Translations under genes and position numbers: made by a program
The notes under the pieces: generated by a model
Seen by the model: only the letters and a program-made list of their open reading frames with translations
Told to the model about the DNA's origin: nothing
The model's database searches: none
Assembly (NCBI GenBank): GCA_965261545.1
Contig: CBDHDF010000007.1
Location: 416,001-480,000, forward strand
Length of the DNA stretch: 64,000 nt
Reading direction: 5' to 3'
Origin: Bdellovibrionales bacterium
Lineage (GTDB): Bacteria > Bdellovibrionota > Bdellovibrionia > Bdellovibrionales > UBA1609
Shown: piece by piece, positions 55,237 through 64,000 of the stretch
Layout: every line of letters begins with the position of its first letter
Numbering within the stretch: position 1 is the first letter of the stretch

Positions 55237-56184
55237 CTAGGGCCCTCTCAAGTGAGGCCAATATGTGGCTGTGGTCACCTTTGAGGGTAGCGCCCTTCCC
55301 ACTTTTTCTTCTATCCAAGGCTTGATATCTATGAGCTTTTTAAGGTCAATCCCCGTTTCAAGGCCCATCCCATGAAGCATATAAACCAGATCTTCTGTGG
55401 GAAGGTTCCCCGTGGCCCCCTTGGCATAGGGGCAGCCTCCCAAGCCCCCCAAACTGGAGTCAAAAATTGTAACTTCATGAGACAAAGCTGCCATCACATT
55501 GGCCAAGGCCATTCCTCTTGTGTCATGCAAATGAAGAGCCACTTTGCTCAAGGGAAGCCCTTGGATATCAAATGCATTCAATAATTTATTGATCTGCCCC
55601 GGAGTAGCCACACCAATGGTATCTCCAACGGAAATTTCGTAGACACCGAGATGAAACATTCTTTGGGTGAGTTCCACCACCTGCCTTACAGAAACCCTTC
55701 CTTCATAGGGACAACCAAAAGCCGTGCTCAAGTAACCACGCACTCGAATATTGTTTTTTTGAGCCAGTTCTATAATTTTTTGAAATCGCTGGAAACTTTC
55801 TTCAACATTACAGTTAATATTTTTTTGAGAAAAAGTGTTGGAGCAAGCCCCAAAGATAGCAATCTCTTTCACAAACGTATCCATGGCCTGAAGCATCCCA
55901 TTTTCATTGGGAACTAAAACAGAATAGTCTTCAGAGACTCTTAATTTTTCAAGAATTTTTTCTGTGTTTGCCATTTGGGGGACCCACTTTGGGGAAACAA
56001 AGGCCCCAACCTCAATTTTTTGGAGACCCGTGGAAGATAGTTTCTGTATAAACTCCACTCGAGTGTCCACAGGCAAAGATTTGACTTCGTTTTGAAGCCC
56101 ATCTCTCGCCCCCACCTCAACAATTTTTATAAAATTTCTCGCCTCCATGTTTTCTGTCATGCCGTCCTTCACACCTTCTGTCAT
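55237..56184 (-). CDS. Hydroxymethylglutaryl-CoA lyase
   Basis: EVGARDGLQNE, FVSPKWVPQMA, GDTIG, HLHDTRG, GLGGCPYA. Confidence 0.95.
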   Translation of the reverse strand: MTEGVKDGMTENMEARNFIKIVEVGARDGLQNEVKSLPVDTRVEFIQKLSSTGLQKIEVGAFVSPKWVPQMANTEKILEKLRVSEDYSVLVPNENGMLQAMDTFVKEIAIFGACSNTFSQKNINCNVEESFQRFQKIIELAQKNNIRVRGYLSTAFGCPYEGRVSVRQVVELTQRMFHLGVYEISVGDTIGVATPGQINKLLNAFDIQGLPLSKVALHLHDTRGMALANVMAALSHEVTIFDSSLGGLGGCPYAKGATGNLPTEDLVYMLHGMGLETGIDLKKLIDIKPWIEEKVGRALPSKVTTATYWPHLRGP

Positions 56185-56594
56185 TTGATAAGCACCAATT
56201 CTTGATCAAGAGCCACTTGCTGGCCTTCCCGACACGATATCTTGTGGACTCTTCCAGAAATTTCGGCGCAAAGACTGTATTCCATTTTCATGGCCTCCAT
56301 AACCACCACCCTGTGACCAACTTCTACGCTTTCACCCTCAGAAACATCAATTTTAATAATTTTTCCTGGCATGGGAGCCGATAAAAGGCCACTAGAAGCC
56401 TTAAGCTTTCGGCGACGGGCTCTTTGAATATGCGAGGCTTGTAGCACTTGAGGCGAGGACGAGTGGGACACAGTCACGTTTTCACACTCCCAGACAAAGG
56501 TTTTCCCACGGGCATGAATCCATAACTGAGACTCAGATTTTTCTACCCACACTCGAAGCTTTTTTCCCTGGTAATCAATTTCTAAAAACTTCAT
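56181..56594 (-). CDS. Biotin carboxyl carrier protein (MCC)
   Basis: APMPG and EAMKME biotinylation motif. Confidence 0.92.
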   Translation of the reverse strand: MKFLEIDYQGKKLRVWVEKSESQLWIHARGKTFVWECENVTVSHSSSPQVLQASHIQRARRRKLKASSGLLSAPMPGKIIKIDVSEGESVEVGHRVVVMEAMKMEYSLCAEISGRVHKISCREGQQVALDQELVLIK

Positions 56595-58219
56595 GAATGG
56601 TTTCCCCTATTATTTACCTCGCCTTTATGAACTCCATGACTTTCATTATCTCCACTCTTCCCACAACCACTATTATTTCCACCATCCCCATGGCCTGCCC
56701 ATGGACTCATCCATGGGTTGGAATTGGAAAAATTCCATGGTTTTATGGAGGCGTTCCATGGCTCTTTGGAACTTTCTTCTCCTGAACTTTCTTCTCCTGA
56801 ACTCTCTCCCATTTTTTGATTTAGAATCTCAGCAACTTCTTTGTCAGAGCTTGAAATCTCTTCTCCTTCTAAACCTTGGGGAAAATTTTCTTGAATAAAC
56901 CCCGTGGTCATCTCACCTGAAACAAAATCAGGGTGGGATAGGATTCTTTGTAGATAGGGGATATTTGTTTTAAGACCAAAGATCACTGTATCCTCTAAAG
57001 TCCTCATCATCTGACGAATGGCACGAACTCTTGTTTCCCCCCAAACAACGACCTTCGCTATCATCGAATCGTAATAGGCTGTTATTTCATCCTTGGCTTC
57101 AAAGCCCACTTCAAAACGTCGGCCGGGCCCGTGAGGCCAATGACAGCCTCCCAAAACACCCGTGCTAGGCAATCCATTTTTATAGGGATCCTCTGCATAA
57201 ATGCGACATTCTATAGCATGCCCCCGTGGCAACAGCTCTTCTTGATGCCACATGGGACTCTGCCCTTGGGCCACAAGAATTTGGGCTTTGACTAAATCCA
57301 CACCAAGAATAAACTCTGTCACTGGATGCTCCACCTGCAAACGAGTATTCATTTCTAGAAAATAAAACTTACCATCCTCCACGAGAAATTCCACAGTTCC
57401 AGCCCCTACATACTGGGCTTTCTTTGCAATATTGACCGCTGTTTGAACCATTTTCTCCTTGAGTTCGAAACCCACCAAGCAAGAAGTTGCCTCTTCAATG
57501 ATTTTTTGGTGCCTTCTTTGAATAGAGCATTCCCGGTCCCACAAATTGTAAATACGCCCTCCCGGTTCACCAAAAATCTGAAACTCAACATGCTTAGCGT
57601 GGGTGAGATATTTTTCTAAAAACACCTGCTCTGAACCAAAGGCGTTGAGACATTCTCTGCGTGCCGATTCAATCGCTTCCCCAATTTCATCGCTTTTGTG
57701 AATAACTTTGAGGCCACGACCTCCACCGCCTCCCGCCGCCTTAACCATGACAGGATAGCCTATTTTTTGGGCAGCAAGACAAAGAGACTCCAGACTTTGG
57801 CTTGCTCCAAAATCACCAGAGATCGTGGGAGCGCCCACTTCTTGCACAAGTTTTTTTGCTGAAATTTTATCTCCGAAAAGTTTTATGCTCTCAGCACTGG
57901 GCCCCACAAAAATGAGATTATTTTCTACACAGGCTTTGGCAAAATCGGCATTCTCAGAAAGAAAACCAAAACCCGGATGAATGGCGTCAGCCTCGGCACT
58001 CAAGGCGCCGTGAATAACATTTTCTATATTTAAATAGCTTTCTAGGACAAAGGGGGGACCAATGCATACTCTGTGATCGGCCACCCGATAAGCCATGGTG
58101 TTCACATCCACCTCGGAGTGAAGCAGCACACTTTGAATTCCCATATCTTGGCAAGCTCGTATGATTCTTAGAGCAATTTCGCCTCTATTTGCAATGGCAA
58201 GCTTTTGAATACGCCTCAT
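56591..58219 (-). CDS. Biotin carboxylase subunit of methylcrotonyl-CoA carboxylase
   Basis: IANRGEIA, HPGFGFLSEN, GGGGRG, RECSIQRRHQK, EMNTRLQVEHPVTE. Confidence 0.93.
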   Translation of the reverse strand: MRRIQKLAIANRGEIALRIIRACQDMGIQSVLLHSEVDVNTMAYRVADHRVCIGPPFVLESYLNIENVIHGALSAEADAIHPGFGFLSENADFAKACVENNLIFVGPSAESIKLFGDKISAKKLVQEVGAPTISGDFGASQSLESLCLAAQKIGYPVMVKAAGGGGGRGLKVIHKSDEIGEAIESARRECLNAFGSEQVFLEKYLTHAKHVEFQIFGEPGGRIYNLWDRECSIQRRHQKIIEEATSCLVGFELKEKMVQTAVNIAKKAQYVGAGTVEFLVEDGKFYFLEMNTRLQVEHPVTEFILGVDLVKAQILVAQGQSPMWHQEELLPRGHAIECRIYAEDPYKNGLPSTGVLGGCHWPHGPGRRFEVGFEAKDEITAYYDSMIAKVVVWGETRVRAIRQMMRTLEDTVIFGLKTNIPYLQRILSHPDFVSGEMTTGFIQENFPQGLEGEEISSSDKEVAEILNQKMGESSGEESSGEESSKEPWNASIKPWNFSNSNPWMSPWAGHGDGGNNSGCGKSGDNESHGVHKGEVNNRGNHS

Positions 58220-59133
58220 ACCCCAGAACCTCGCTTTTCCCGACCAGAGCTTTGTTTTTTTAGAAATGACTGAAGACCCCTTTGCCCTTCAACACTCACC
58301 CTTCTCTCGGCAATGGTTCTCGTCACCTCACCCTTGATATCGCCCCAGGACTTCCCTGAATAATGACTTAAGCAACCGTTGGTAAGTTTCTTTGTGGCTC
58401 GAACAGCTTCTAGCCCTGAGGATAAAAACCGATCCAAAGTTTTTTGAACCATTTCATCCACCTCTTTCAAAGAGCCCACACCATGAATAAGACGAGACTC
58501 CTTGGCCTCACTAGGTCCAAAGAATTGTCCCGTCAACATCCATGAAGAGACTATGGATGAACAACCAACTTTGTTAAAAACAAAAGGACTAATCACAGCA
58601 GGAGCCAATCCCAGCTTGACCTCGCTGAAGCAGAATCTTGTTTTTGATTCAGCAAAAGCTATATCGCAAATGGCCACCAAGCCAAGAGCACCTCCCATAA
58701 CATAACCATGGAGCTTTCCTACAATCGGGCAGGGGCAGTGGAGGCCCGCTTCAAACATCTCAAAGAGTTGACATGAATCGGCCACATTTTCTTCAAACTT
58801 GTAATTCACCATAGACTTCATCCAATTTAAATCAGCTCCTGCACTAAAACTAGGTCCTCTTCCCTGCAAAACAAGAGCATGACAACTTTTATCCACATGG
58901 GTGAAAACTTCGGTCAATGCTGCAATCATGGATGGATTCAAGGCATTGTGTAAGTGGGGACGATTTAAGTCGACATATAAAATAGAGTTCTGTTTTGTCA
59001 CAAGGAGAGTGGGTTCATTTTTTTCTGTCTTGAGTGTTTCTAGTGTCTCTGGTACTCCTCGTGTCTCTTCGGCTCCCGTTCGCATTTCTTTTTTCGTCAT
59101 AGGTTCTCCCAACACCATAAATACACCCCACAA
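58216..59133 (-). CDS. Enoyl-CoA hydratase family (methylglutaconyl-CoA hydratase)
   Basis: LNRP..HNA, FSAGADLNWM, GGALGL, FSEVKLGL; leucine catabolism operon context. Confidence 0.9.
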   Translation of the reverse strand: MWGVFMVLGEPMTKKEMRTGAEETRGVPETLETLKTEKNEPTLLVTKQNSILYVDLNRPHLHNALNPSMIAALTEVFTHVDKSCHALVLQGRGPSFSAGADLNWMKSMVNYKFEENVADSCQLFEMFEAGLHCPCPIVGKLHGYVMGGALGLVAICDIAFAESKTRFCFSEVKLGLAPAVISPFVFNKVGCSSIVSSWMLTGQFFGPSEAKESRLIHGVGSLKEVDEMVQKTLDRFLSSGLEAVRATKKLTNGCLSHYSGKSWGDIKGEVTRTIAERRVSVEGQRGLQSFLKKQSSGREKRGSGV

Positions 59134-59207
59134 CCACCCTACAGCCTAACCCCGCTCACCCACAATAATCACCACACACACACTCTCTCTCTCGATACAA
59201 CTCCATT

Positions 59208-60836
59208 CTACATTCTAAAGACACCCTGTTGTGGCTCTGGCCATGGGGCATTCATGGAGGCTGAGAGGCCAAGGGCGAGAACTTTACGTGTATCTACGGG
59301 ATCGATAATACCATCATCCCAAATATGCGCTGTTGAATAATAAGCTGAGGATTCTTTTTCATATTTCTTAAGAATAGGATCCTTAAATTCATTTTGTTCA
59401 TGGAGGGACATGGGGTCGTTTTTCTTCTGATCCATTTTAACGGTGAGAAGGACATTGGCCGCCTGCTCTCCCCCCATGACAGAAATCCGAGCGTTGGGCC
59501 ACATCCAAAGCTGCCTGGGCTGAAAGGCCCGACCACACATACCGTAATTTCCAGCTCCATAGGAACCACCAACCACAACAGTGAATTTGGGAACGCAAGC
59601 ATTGCTCACAGCCATCACCATTTTGGCACCATGCTTGGCAATTCCTTCGTTCTCATATTTTTGTCCCACCATAAAGCCTGTTATGTTTTGTAAAAATATA
59701 AGAGGTATTTTTCTCTGACTGCAAAGCTCTATAAAGTGAGTCGCTTTCATAGCACTTTCACTAAATAAAACTCCATTATTGGCGACAATACCCACGGGAT
59801 AACCCCATATGTGGGCCCAACATGTAATAATTGTGGAACCATAATTTTCTTTAAACTCATGAAAGAAACTTTGGTCCACAAGACGTGCCACAATTTCTTT
59901 CATATCAAAGGGAAGCCGGGGGTCTTTGGAGACAATACCATAAATTTCTTGGGCCTTGTAAGTGGGATCAATCACAGGCCTTGTGTTGATCTGAACTTGT
60001 TTTTGACGATTTAAGTACGTCACAATCAGACGGGCGAGTTCTAGGGCCTCTTCATCGTTTTCAGCAAAGTGATCGGTCACTCCCGATTTCTTACAATGAA
60101 CATGGGCACCACCTAAATCTTCAGATGTCACTTCCTCACCTGTTGCAGCTTTGACAAGGGGGGGGCCTCCAAGAAATATCGTACCTGTATCTTTGACAAT
60201 AATATTTTCGTCACTCATGGCAGGAAGGTAAGCTCCACCTGCTGTACAACTTCCCATGACCACAGAAATTTGAGGAATCTTTTGAGCAGACATACGAGCT
60301 TGATTATAAAAGATTCGGCCAAAGTGATCTCGATCGGGAAACACCTCATCTTGCATGGGTAGAAAAGCTCCCCCACTATCTACAAGGTACAAACAGGGCA
60401 AGTGGTTTTCCATAGCTATCTCTTGGGCACGCAAGTGCTTTTTAACGGTCATGGGGAAGTAGGCCCCCCCTTTGACTGTGGCATCATTGGCAATAATAAT
60501 GCACTCCTGACCACTGATAAGACCCATGCCCGTGACAATGCCAGCACAAGGAGCTTGGTTTTTGTACATTCCCCAAGCAGCAAGACTTGAAAATTCCAAG
60601 AAGCTCGCCCCCTCATCTATGAGCTTATCAATACGCTCCCGGGCCGTTTGTTTTCCCCGAAAACGATGCTTTTCTATGGCTTGAGTCCCTCCCCCTTTTC
60701 TCACTTCATCTTGATTTTTTTGCCATTGCTTTACCAGCTGTCGCATCGCTTTATAGTTATCAGAATACTGTGACGAAGAGGCGTCCACCTGGCTATCCCA
60801 CTGGTAATATTGACTTGAGTTTTTGTCTGCACTCAA
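59208..60836 (-). CDS. Methylcrotonyl-CoA carboxylase carboxyltransferase subunit
   Basis: [52 protein letters not shown]. Confidence 0.95.
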   Translation of the reverse strand: MSADKNSSQYYQWDSQVDASSSQYSDNYKAMRQLVKQWQKNQDEVRKGGGTQAIEKHRFRGKQTARERIDKLIDEGASFLEFSSLAAWGMYKNQAPCAGIVTGMGLISGQECIIIANDATVKGGAYFPMTVKKHLRAQEIAMENHLPCLYLVDSGGAFLPMQDEVFPDRDHFGRIFYNQARMSAQKIPQISVVMGSCTAGGAYLPAMSDENIIVKDTGTIFLGGPPLVKAATGEEVTSEDLGGAHVHCKKSGVTDHFAENDEEALELARLIVTYLNRQKQVQINTRPVIDPTYKAQEIYGIVSKDPRLPFDMKEIVARLVDQSFFHEFKENYGSTIITCWAHIWGYPVGIVANNGVLFSESAMKATHFIELCSQRKIPLIFLQNITGFMVGQKYENEGIAKHGAKMVMAVSNACVPKFTVVVGGSYGAGNYGMCGRAFQPRQLWMWPNARISVMGGEQAANVLLTVKMDQKKNDPMSLHEQNEFKDPILKKYEKESSAYYSTAHIWDDGIIDPVDTRKVLALGLSASMNAPWPEPQQGVFRM

Positions 60837-60909
60837 GGCCTCCTCCTTTCACTTTTTGTAACACCATGGCACTGTCAGAATGGCGTGTTAATGGCAGGCC
60901 CCCTAAGTA

Positions 60910-62241
60910 TCACGGAATCTCAGGAACCGTGCTCTCTTTTAGAAAAAACTTGGAAAAAGAAAGCTCACCAGAATCGTCTTTTGGTTCATCATCGTCGTAA
61001 CGCTCTACTTCGAGGAGGCGTTTTTTATTGCGCTCTGCATAATAATTTCTATATACGATGTTATTTATTCCTCTAGTTGCATAAAGTCCATTGCCCTTTA
61101 AAAATTGAGCTGTATCTAGTGTCGCCATGAGGCTGTCTGTAAAATAACTCTTACTTCGTTGACTCCATTTTAAAGGCGTGCTGAATTCTATATTCATGAA
61201 ATTCCTGTTTGATTCTTTACTCACAAGACCCATCAGATAGGGGGAGCTCACAACACGATCCAGGTTTGAAAAATGCGGATAGCCCTCCCTTGCCAGTGCT
61301 GAGTTTTCGATAAGAAATCTATCTGCAAAAGAAGGTCTGTTCCCACAAGAAGCACCTCCCAGACATGCAAACAAAGTAATGGTACTTACCTGCTCCACCC
61401 CCAGTGAATCTATTTCATTTACACGATGAAGTAAATGACCAAGGAAACTCTCTGGGCCCATATATGTTCCTCTTCCAGCAATCGCTACCACATCTTGGCT
61501 TCCATGAGCATTGACTACAATGGATCCCAAACGAACATCCTCAGAAAATATATGCCCTCTCACTGGCGTCGTATCAGCTAAGGCAAGATCACCAAACACG
61601 ATTCCCCTAGGATCACCTGAGGCAGTAGATCTATACCTACTCGTAAATTCCATCATTGATGTATAATATGTGTCAGTACTACTCACTTTCTGATTAAGCC
61701 AAAGGGTGAGGTATTGTGGTTGTGCCCCTGTGGGATCCGTAAAATTGGTGGGATTACTGTTGCTGTAAATGTAAGGAGATTCATTGTACCTAGATGGGTC
61801 CATACTTGTAAATCGAAGAGTATTTGGGTCGTATTCTCTTTGATAGAAGTGGTAGTTATTGAATCCGGAATTCATGGGTTGACCCACGTAGCGATACTGC
61901 ACAGAATCCACGTCGCCCGTAGAAATCGTCTCTCCATAGGGAGTGTAGTCAAAGCTTCCCAATAGACTGTTGTCTTCTTTAAGGACAACCCTAGTGGAGC
62001 GTCCATGGTCCGCAAGCAAATAGCCTGTTTCACCGTTTGCCACTTGGGCCAATATCTGGCCTCCAGGGCCAAAAATATGAAGCGTTTGGGTTTGAGTCTG
62101 CCCTTGAGTAAAAATCTCTACAAGGGGGTGACGTCCTGATCCATAAATAGTGGATACAGTTTGGGCCGAAAGAGTATGTGCCCAAAAAAAGAAAATTAAA
62201 AATTTCAATATAACCTTCAAGTTTTTTTCCGCATTTATCAC
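60910..62241 (-). CDS. Secreted Rhs-associated-core protein with a putative cysteine-peptidase C-terminal domain
   Basis: Signal peptide; YLLADHGRSTR...DYTPYG...REYDP...RF...DP...PYIY..SNP...DPTG; downstream NAHGS and LFAC motifs. Confidence 0.78.
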   Translation of the reverse strand: MINAEKNLKVILKFLIFFFWAHTLSAQTVSTIYGSGRHPLVEIFTQGQTQTQTLHIFGPGGQILAQVANGETGYLLADHGRSTRVVLKEDNSLLGSFDYTPYGETISTGDVDSVQYRYVGQPMNSGFNNYHFYQREYDPNTLRFTSMDPSRYNESPYIYSNSNPTNFTDPTGAQPQYLTLWLNQKVSSTDTYYTSMMEFTSRYRSTASGDPRGIVFGDLALADTTPVRGHIFSEDVRLGSIVVNAHGSQDVVAIAGRGTYMGPESFLGHLLHRVNEIDSLGVEQVSTITLFACLGGASCGNRPSFADRFLIENSALAREGYPHFSNLDRVVSSPYLMGLVSKESNRNFMNIEFSTPLKWSQRSKSYFTDSLMATLDTAQFLKGNGLYATRGINNIVYRNYYAERNKKRLLEVERYDDDEPKDDSGELSFSKFFLKESTVPEIP

Positions 62242-62482
62242 TTGTTTACTGTTTGCGAAATTAAGCCTAACATAAGGTGACTCTACTTTAATTGTTTTAA
62301 TTTCAATTGTGTCAATTGATACTGCTCGTCATTTCAAGCCTATTCATCATAGGTTTTAGGATTATTTGTCATAAACTCGCATTTTCTCGCCTTCTCTTAC
62401 TTTGTCTTTGGTCTTCCCCGTTTTCCTCAAATTTTTAATTTAATGATAGACGTCTTTTGGGCTCCTCTATATTCTCTGGCCT

Positions 62483-64000
62483 ATGTCCTACAAATCTCCT
62501 CAAACTCTCAAAGACCTCCACAGGACTCGTAATATAGGGATTATGGCTCATATTGATGCTGGCAAAACCACCACCACCGAGCGCATTCTTTACTACACTG
62601 GCAAGAATCACAAGATGGGGGAAGTCCACGACGGGGATACCACTATGGACTGGATGGAGCAGGAGCAGGAACGAGGGATTACAATTACGGCGGCGGCCAC
62701 CACTTGTTACTGGTCTGAGCATCGCATTAACATTATTGATACTCCAGGTCATGTTGACTTTACAGTGGAGGTGGAAAGGTCGCTTCGTGTTCTTGATGGG
62801 ACTATTGCCGTCTTTGATGGGGTGAGTGGCGTGGAGTCCCAGTCAGAAACTGTTTGGCGACAGGCCAACCGTTACCATGTTCCGAGAATTTGCTTTATCA
62901 ACAAGATGGACAGAGCCAGTGCCAATTTTCACACAAGCCTTCAGTCCATTGCTGAAAAGCTGAAGGCCACTCCTGTGGCTTTACAAATTCCTGTGGGTAG
63001 CGAGAGCCAGTTTCGGGGAGTTGTCGATCTCGTTGAAAACAAGGCTTATATTTGGAGTGACGATGATTGTGGTGAAAATTCTAATCGTGAAGAGAGCTTT
63101 AAAAAAGTGGAGGTTCCCCCCGAATTGGAGGAAGAGGCGTCTTTGGCCCGTGAGGCACTGCTTGAAGCCGTGTCTGAGTTTGATGACGTCGTGATGGCAA
63201 AATATCTCGATGGTGAGGCCATAGCCCCCACGGAGCTGCGGCAAGCCATTCGCCAAGCCACACTCTCCCTTTCTATCACTCCCGTATTGTGTGGATCTGC
63301 CTTTAAAAATAAAGGAATCCAGCCCCTTTTGGATGCCATTCTCTTTTACCTTCCAAGTCCCTTAGATGTCGCAGATATCGTGGGTTGGGACCCTAGAGAG
63401 GAAGACCGAGAGATTCTTTGCTCCACGGACTTTGATACGCCCACCACAGCCTTGGCTTTTAAAATCACTTCAGACTCTTTTGCAGGGTCTTTGAGCTTTG
63501 TGAGGGTTTACTCGGGTGTGGTGAAGGCAGGTAGCCAGCTTCTAAATCCTCGGAAAAACAAAAAAGAGCGGATTCAGCGTCTTGTGAAAATGCATGCGAA
63601 CAACCGTGAAGAAATCAAGGAACTCAAGGCTGGAGACATTGGAGCCGTGGTGGGACTTAAGTTCACTGGAACGGGGGATACCCTGTGTGCATCTGAAAGG
63701 CCCGTGGTTTTGGAGTCTATTCATTTTCCTGAACCCGTGATTTCAGTGGCCATTGAGGCCAAATCCACAGGGGATCAAAAGAAAATGGAAGAGGCTCTCG
63801 CCAGGCTTCAAAAAGAGGACCCCTCCTGTGGGGTACGCACAGATGCAGAGACAGGCCAGATGCTTTTATCGGGTATGGGGGAGCTTCACTTAGAAGTTCT
63901 TGTGCATCGCTTGCTTCGTGAATACAAAATCAAAGCCAATGTGGGAATCCCTCAGATTTCCTACCGTGAAACTCTTTGCTCTCTTGTGAAGGGAAAAGCA
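62483..64000 (+). CDS. fusA: Elongation factor G, 5' part (runs off the window)
   Basis: Read from ATG 62483: [47 protein letters not shown]; absent from the ORF track because there is no stop in the window. Confidence 0.96.
   Translation, partial: MSYKSPQTLKDLHRTRNIGIMAHIDAGKTTTTERILYYTGKNHKMGEVHDGDTTMDWMEQEQERGITITAAATTCYWSEHRINIIDTPGHVDFTVEVERSLRVLDGTIAVFDGVSGVESQSETVWRQANRYHVPRICFINKMDRASANFHTSLQSIAEKLKATPVALQIPVGSESQFRGVVDLVENKAYIWSDDDCGENSNREESFKKVEVPPELEEEASLAREALLEAVSEFDDVVMAKYLDGEAIAPTELRQAIRQATLSLSITPVLCGSAFKNKGIQPLLDAILFYLPSPLDVADIVGWDPREEDREILCSTDFDTPTTALAFKITSDSFAGSLSFVRVYSGVVKAGSQLLNPRKNKKERIQRLVKMHANNREEIKELKAGDIGAVVGLKFTGTGDTLCASERPVVLESIHFPEPVISVAIEAKSTGDQKKMEEALARLQKEDPSCGVRTDAETGQMLLSGMGELHLEVLVHRLLREYKIKANVGIPQISYRETLCSLVKGKA

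Noticed and set aside
1..64000. tRNA, rRNA or riboswitch genes
   Set aside because: None recognised by eye; a tRNAscan-SE/Infernal run would be needed to exclude them

Overview
Bacterial chromosomal window of moderately low GC. Gene content and order suggest a Bdellovibrionota-like, possibly host-associated organism; this taxonomy is inference only. Layout: (1) 1-5453, housekeeping run mutL(3' end)-miaA-yicC-gmk-rpoZ-relA/spoT. (2) 5450-34185, a surface-protein-rich region: a DUF285/BspA-like lipoprotein, an acetolactate synthase/aldehyde dehydrogenase pair, three overlapping paralogues that join a prepilin-like N-terminus to Gly-rich fibre repeats and a peptidase S74 chaperone domain, and a convergent array of giant modular DUF285 proteins (one ~3350 aa gene split by a 1-bp frameshift, one with 15 near-identical 75-bp repeats). 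(3) 34697-37645, YceI plus a bufferin-type RiPP cluster (DUF2282/DUF692/DUF2063), then a candidate sigma54-driven tiny RNA. (4) 37743-47803, envelope and metabolic genes, including a DUF1223-MsrA-MsrB fusion. (5) 47926-54179, a nested IS pile: an IS1111-type IS110 element with a ~860-bp 3' non-coding region sits exactly between two identical 470-bp direct repeats; an IS4 element interrupts its recombinase and an IS66 element interrupts the left repeat. (6) 54397-64000, an outer-membrane beta-barrel, the leucine catabolism operon, a secreted mini-Rhs/cysteine-peptidase-like protein and the 5' part of a stand-alone fusA. The strongest novelty candidates are the pilin-S74 fibre triplet and the IS110 element with 470-bp flanking duplications. 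All family calls come from motif recognition by eye; no database searches were run.
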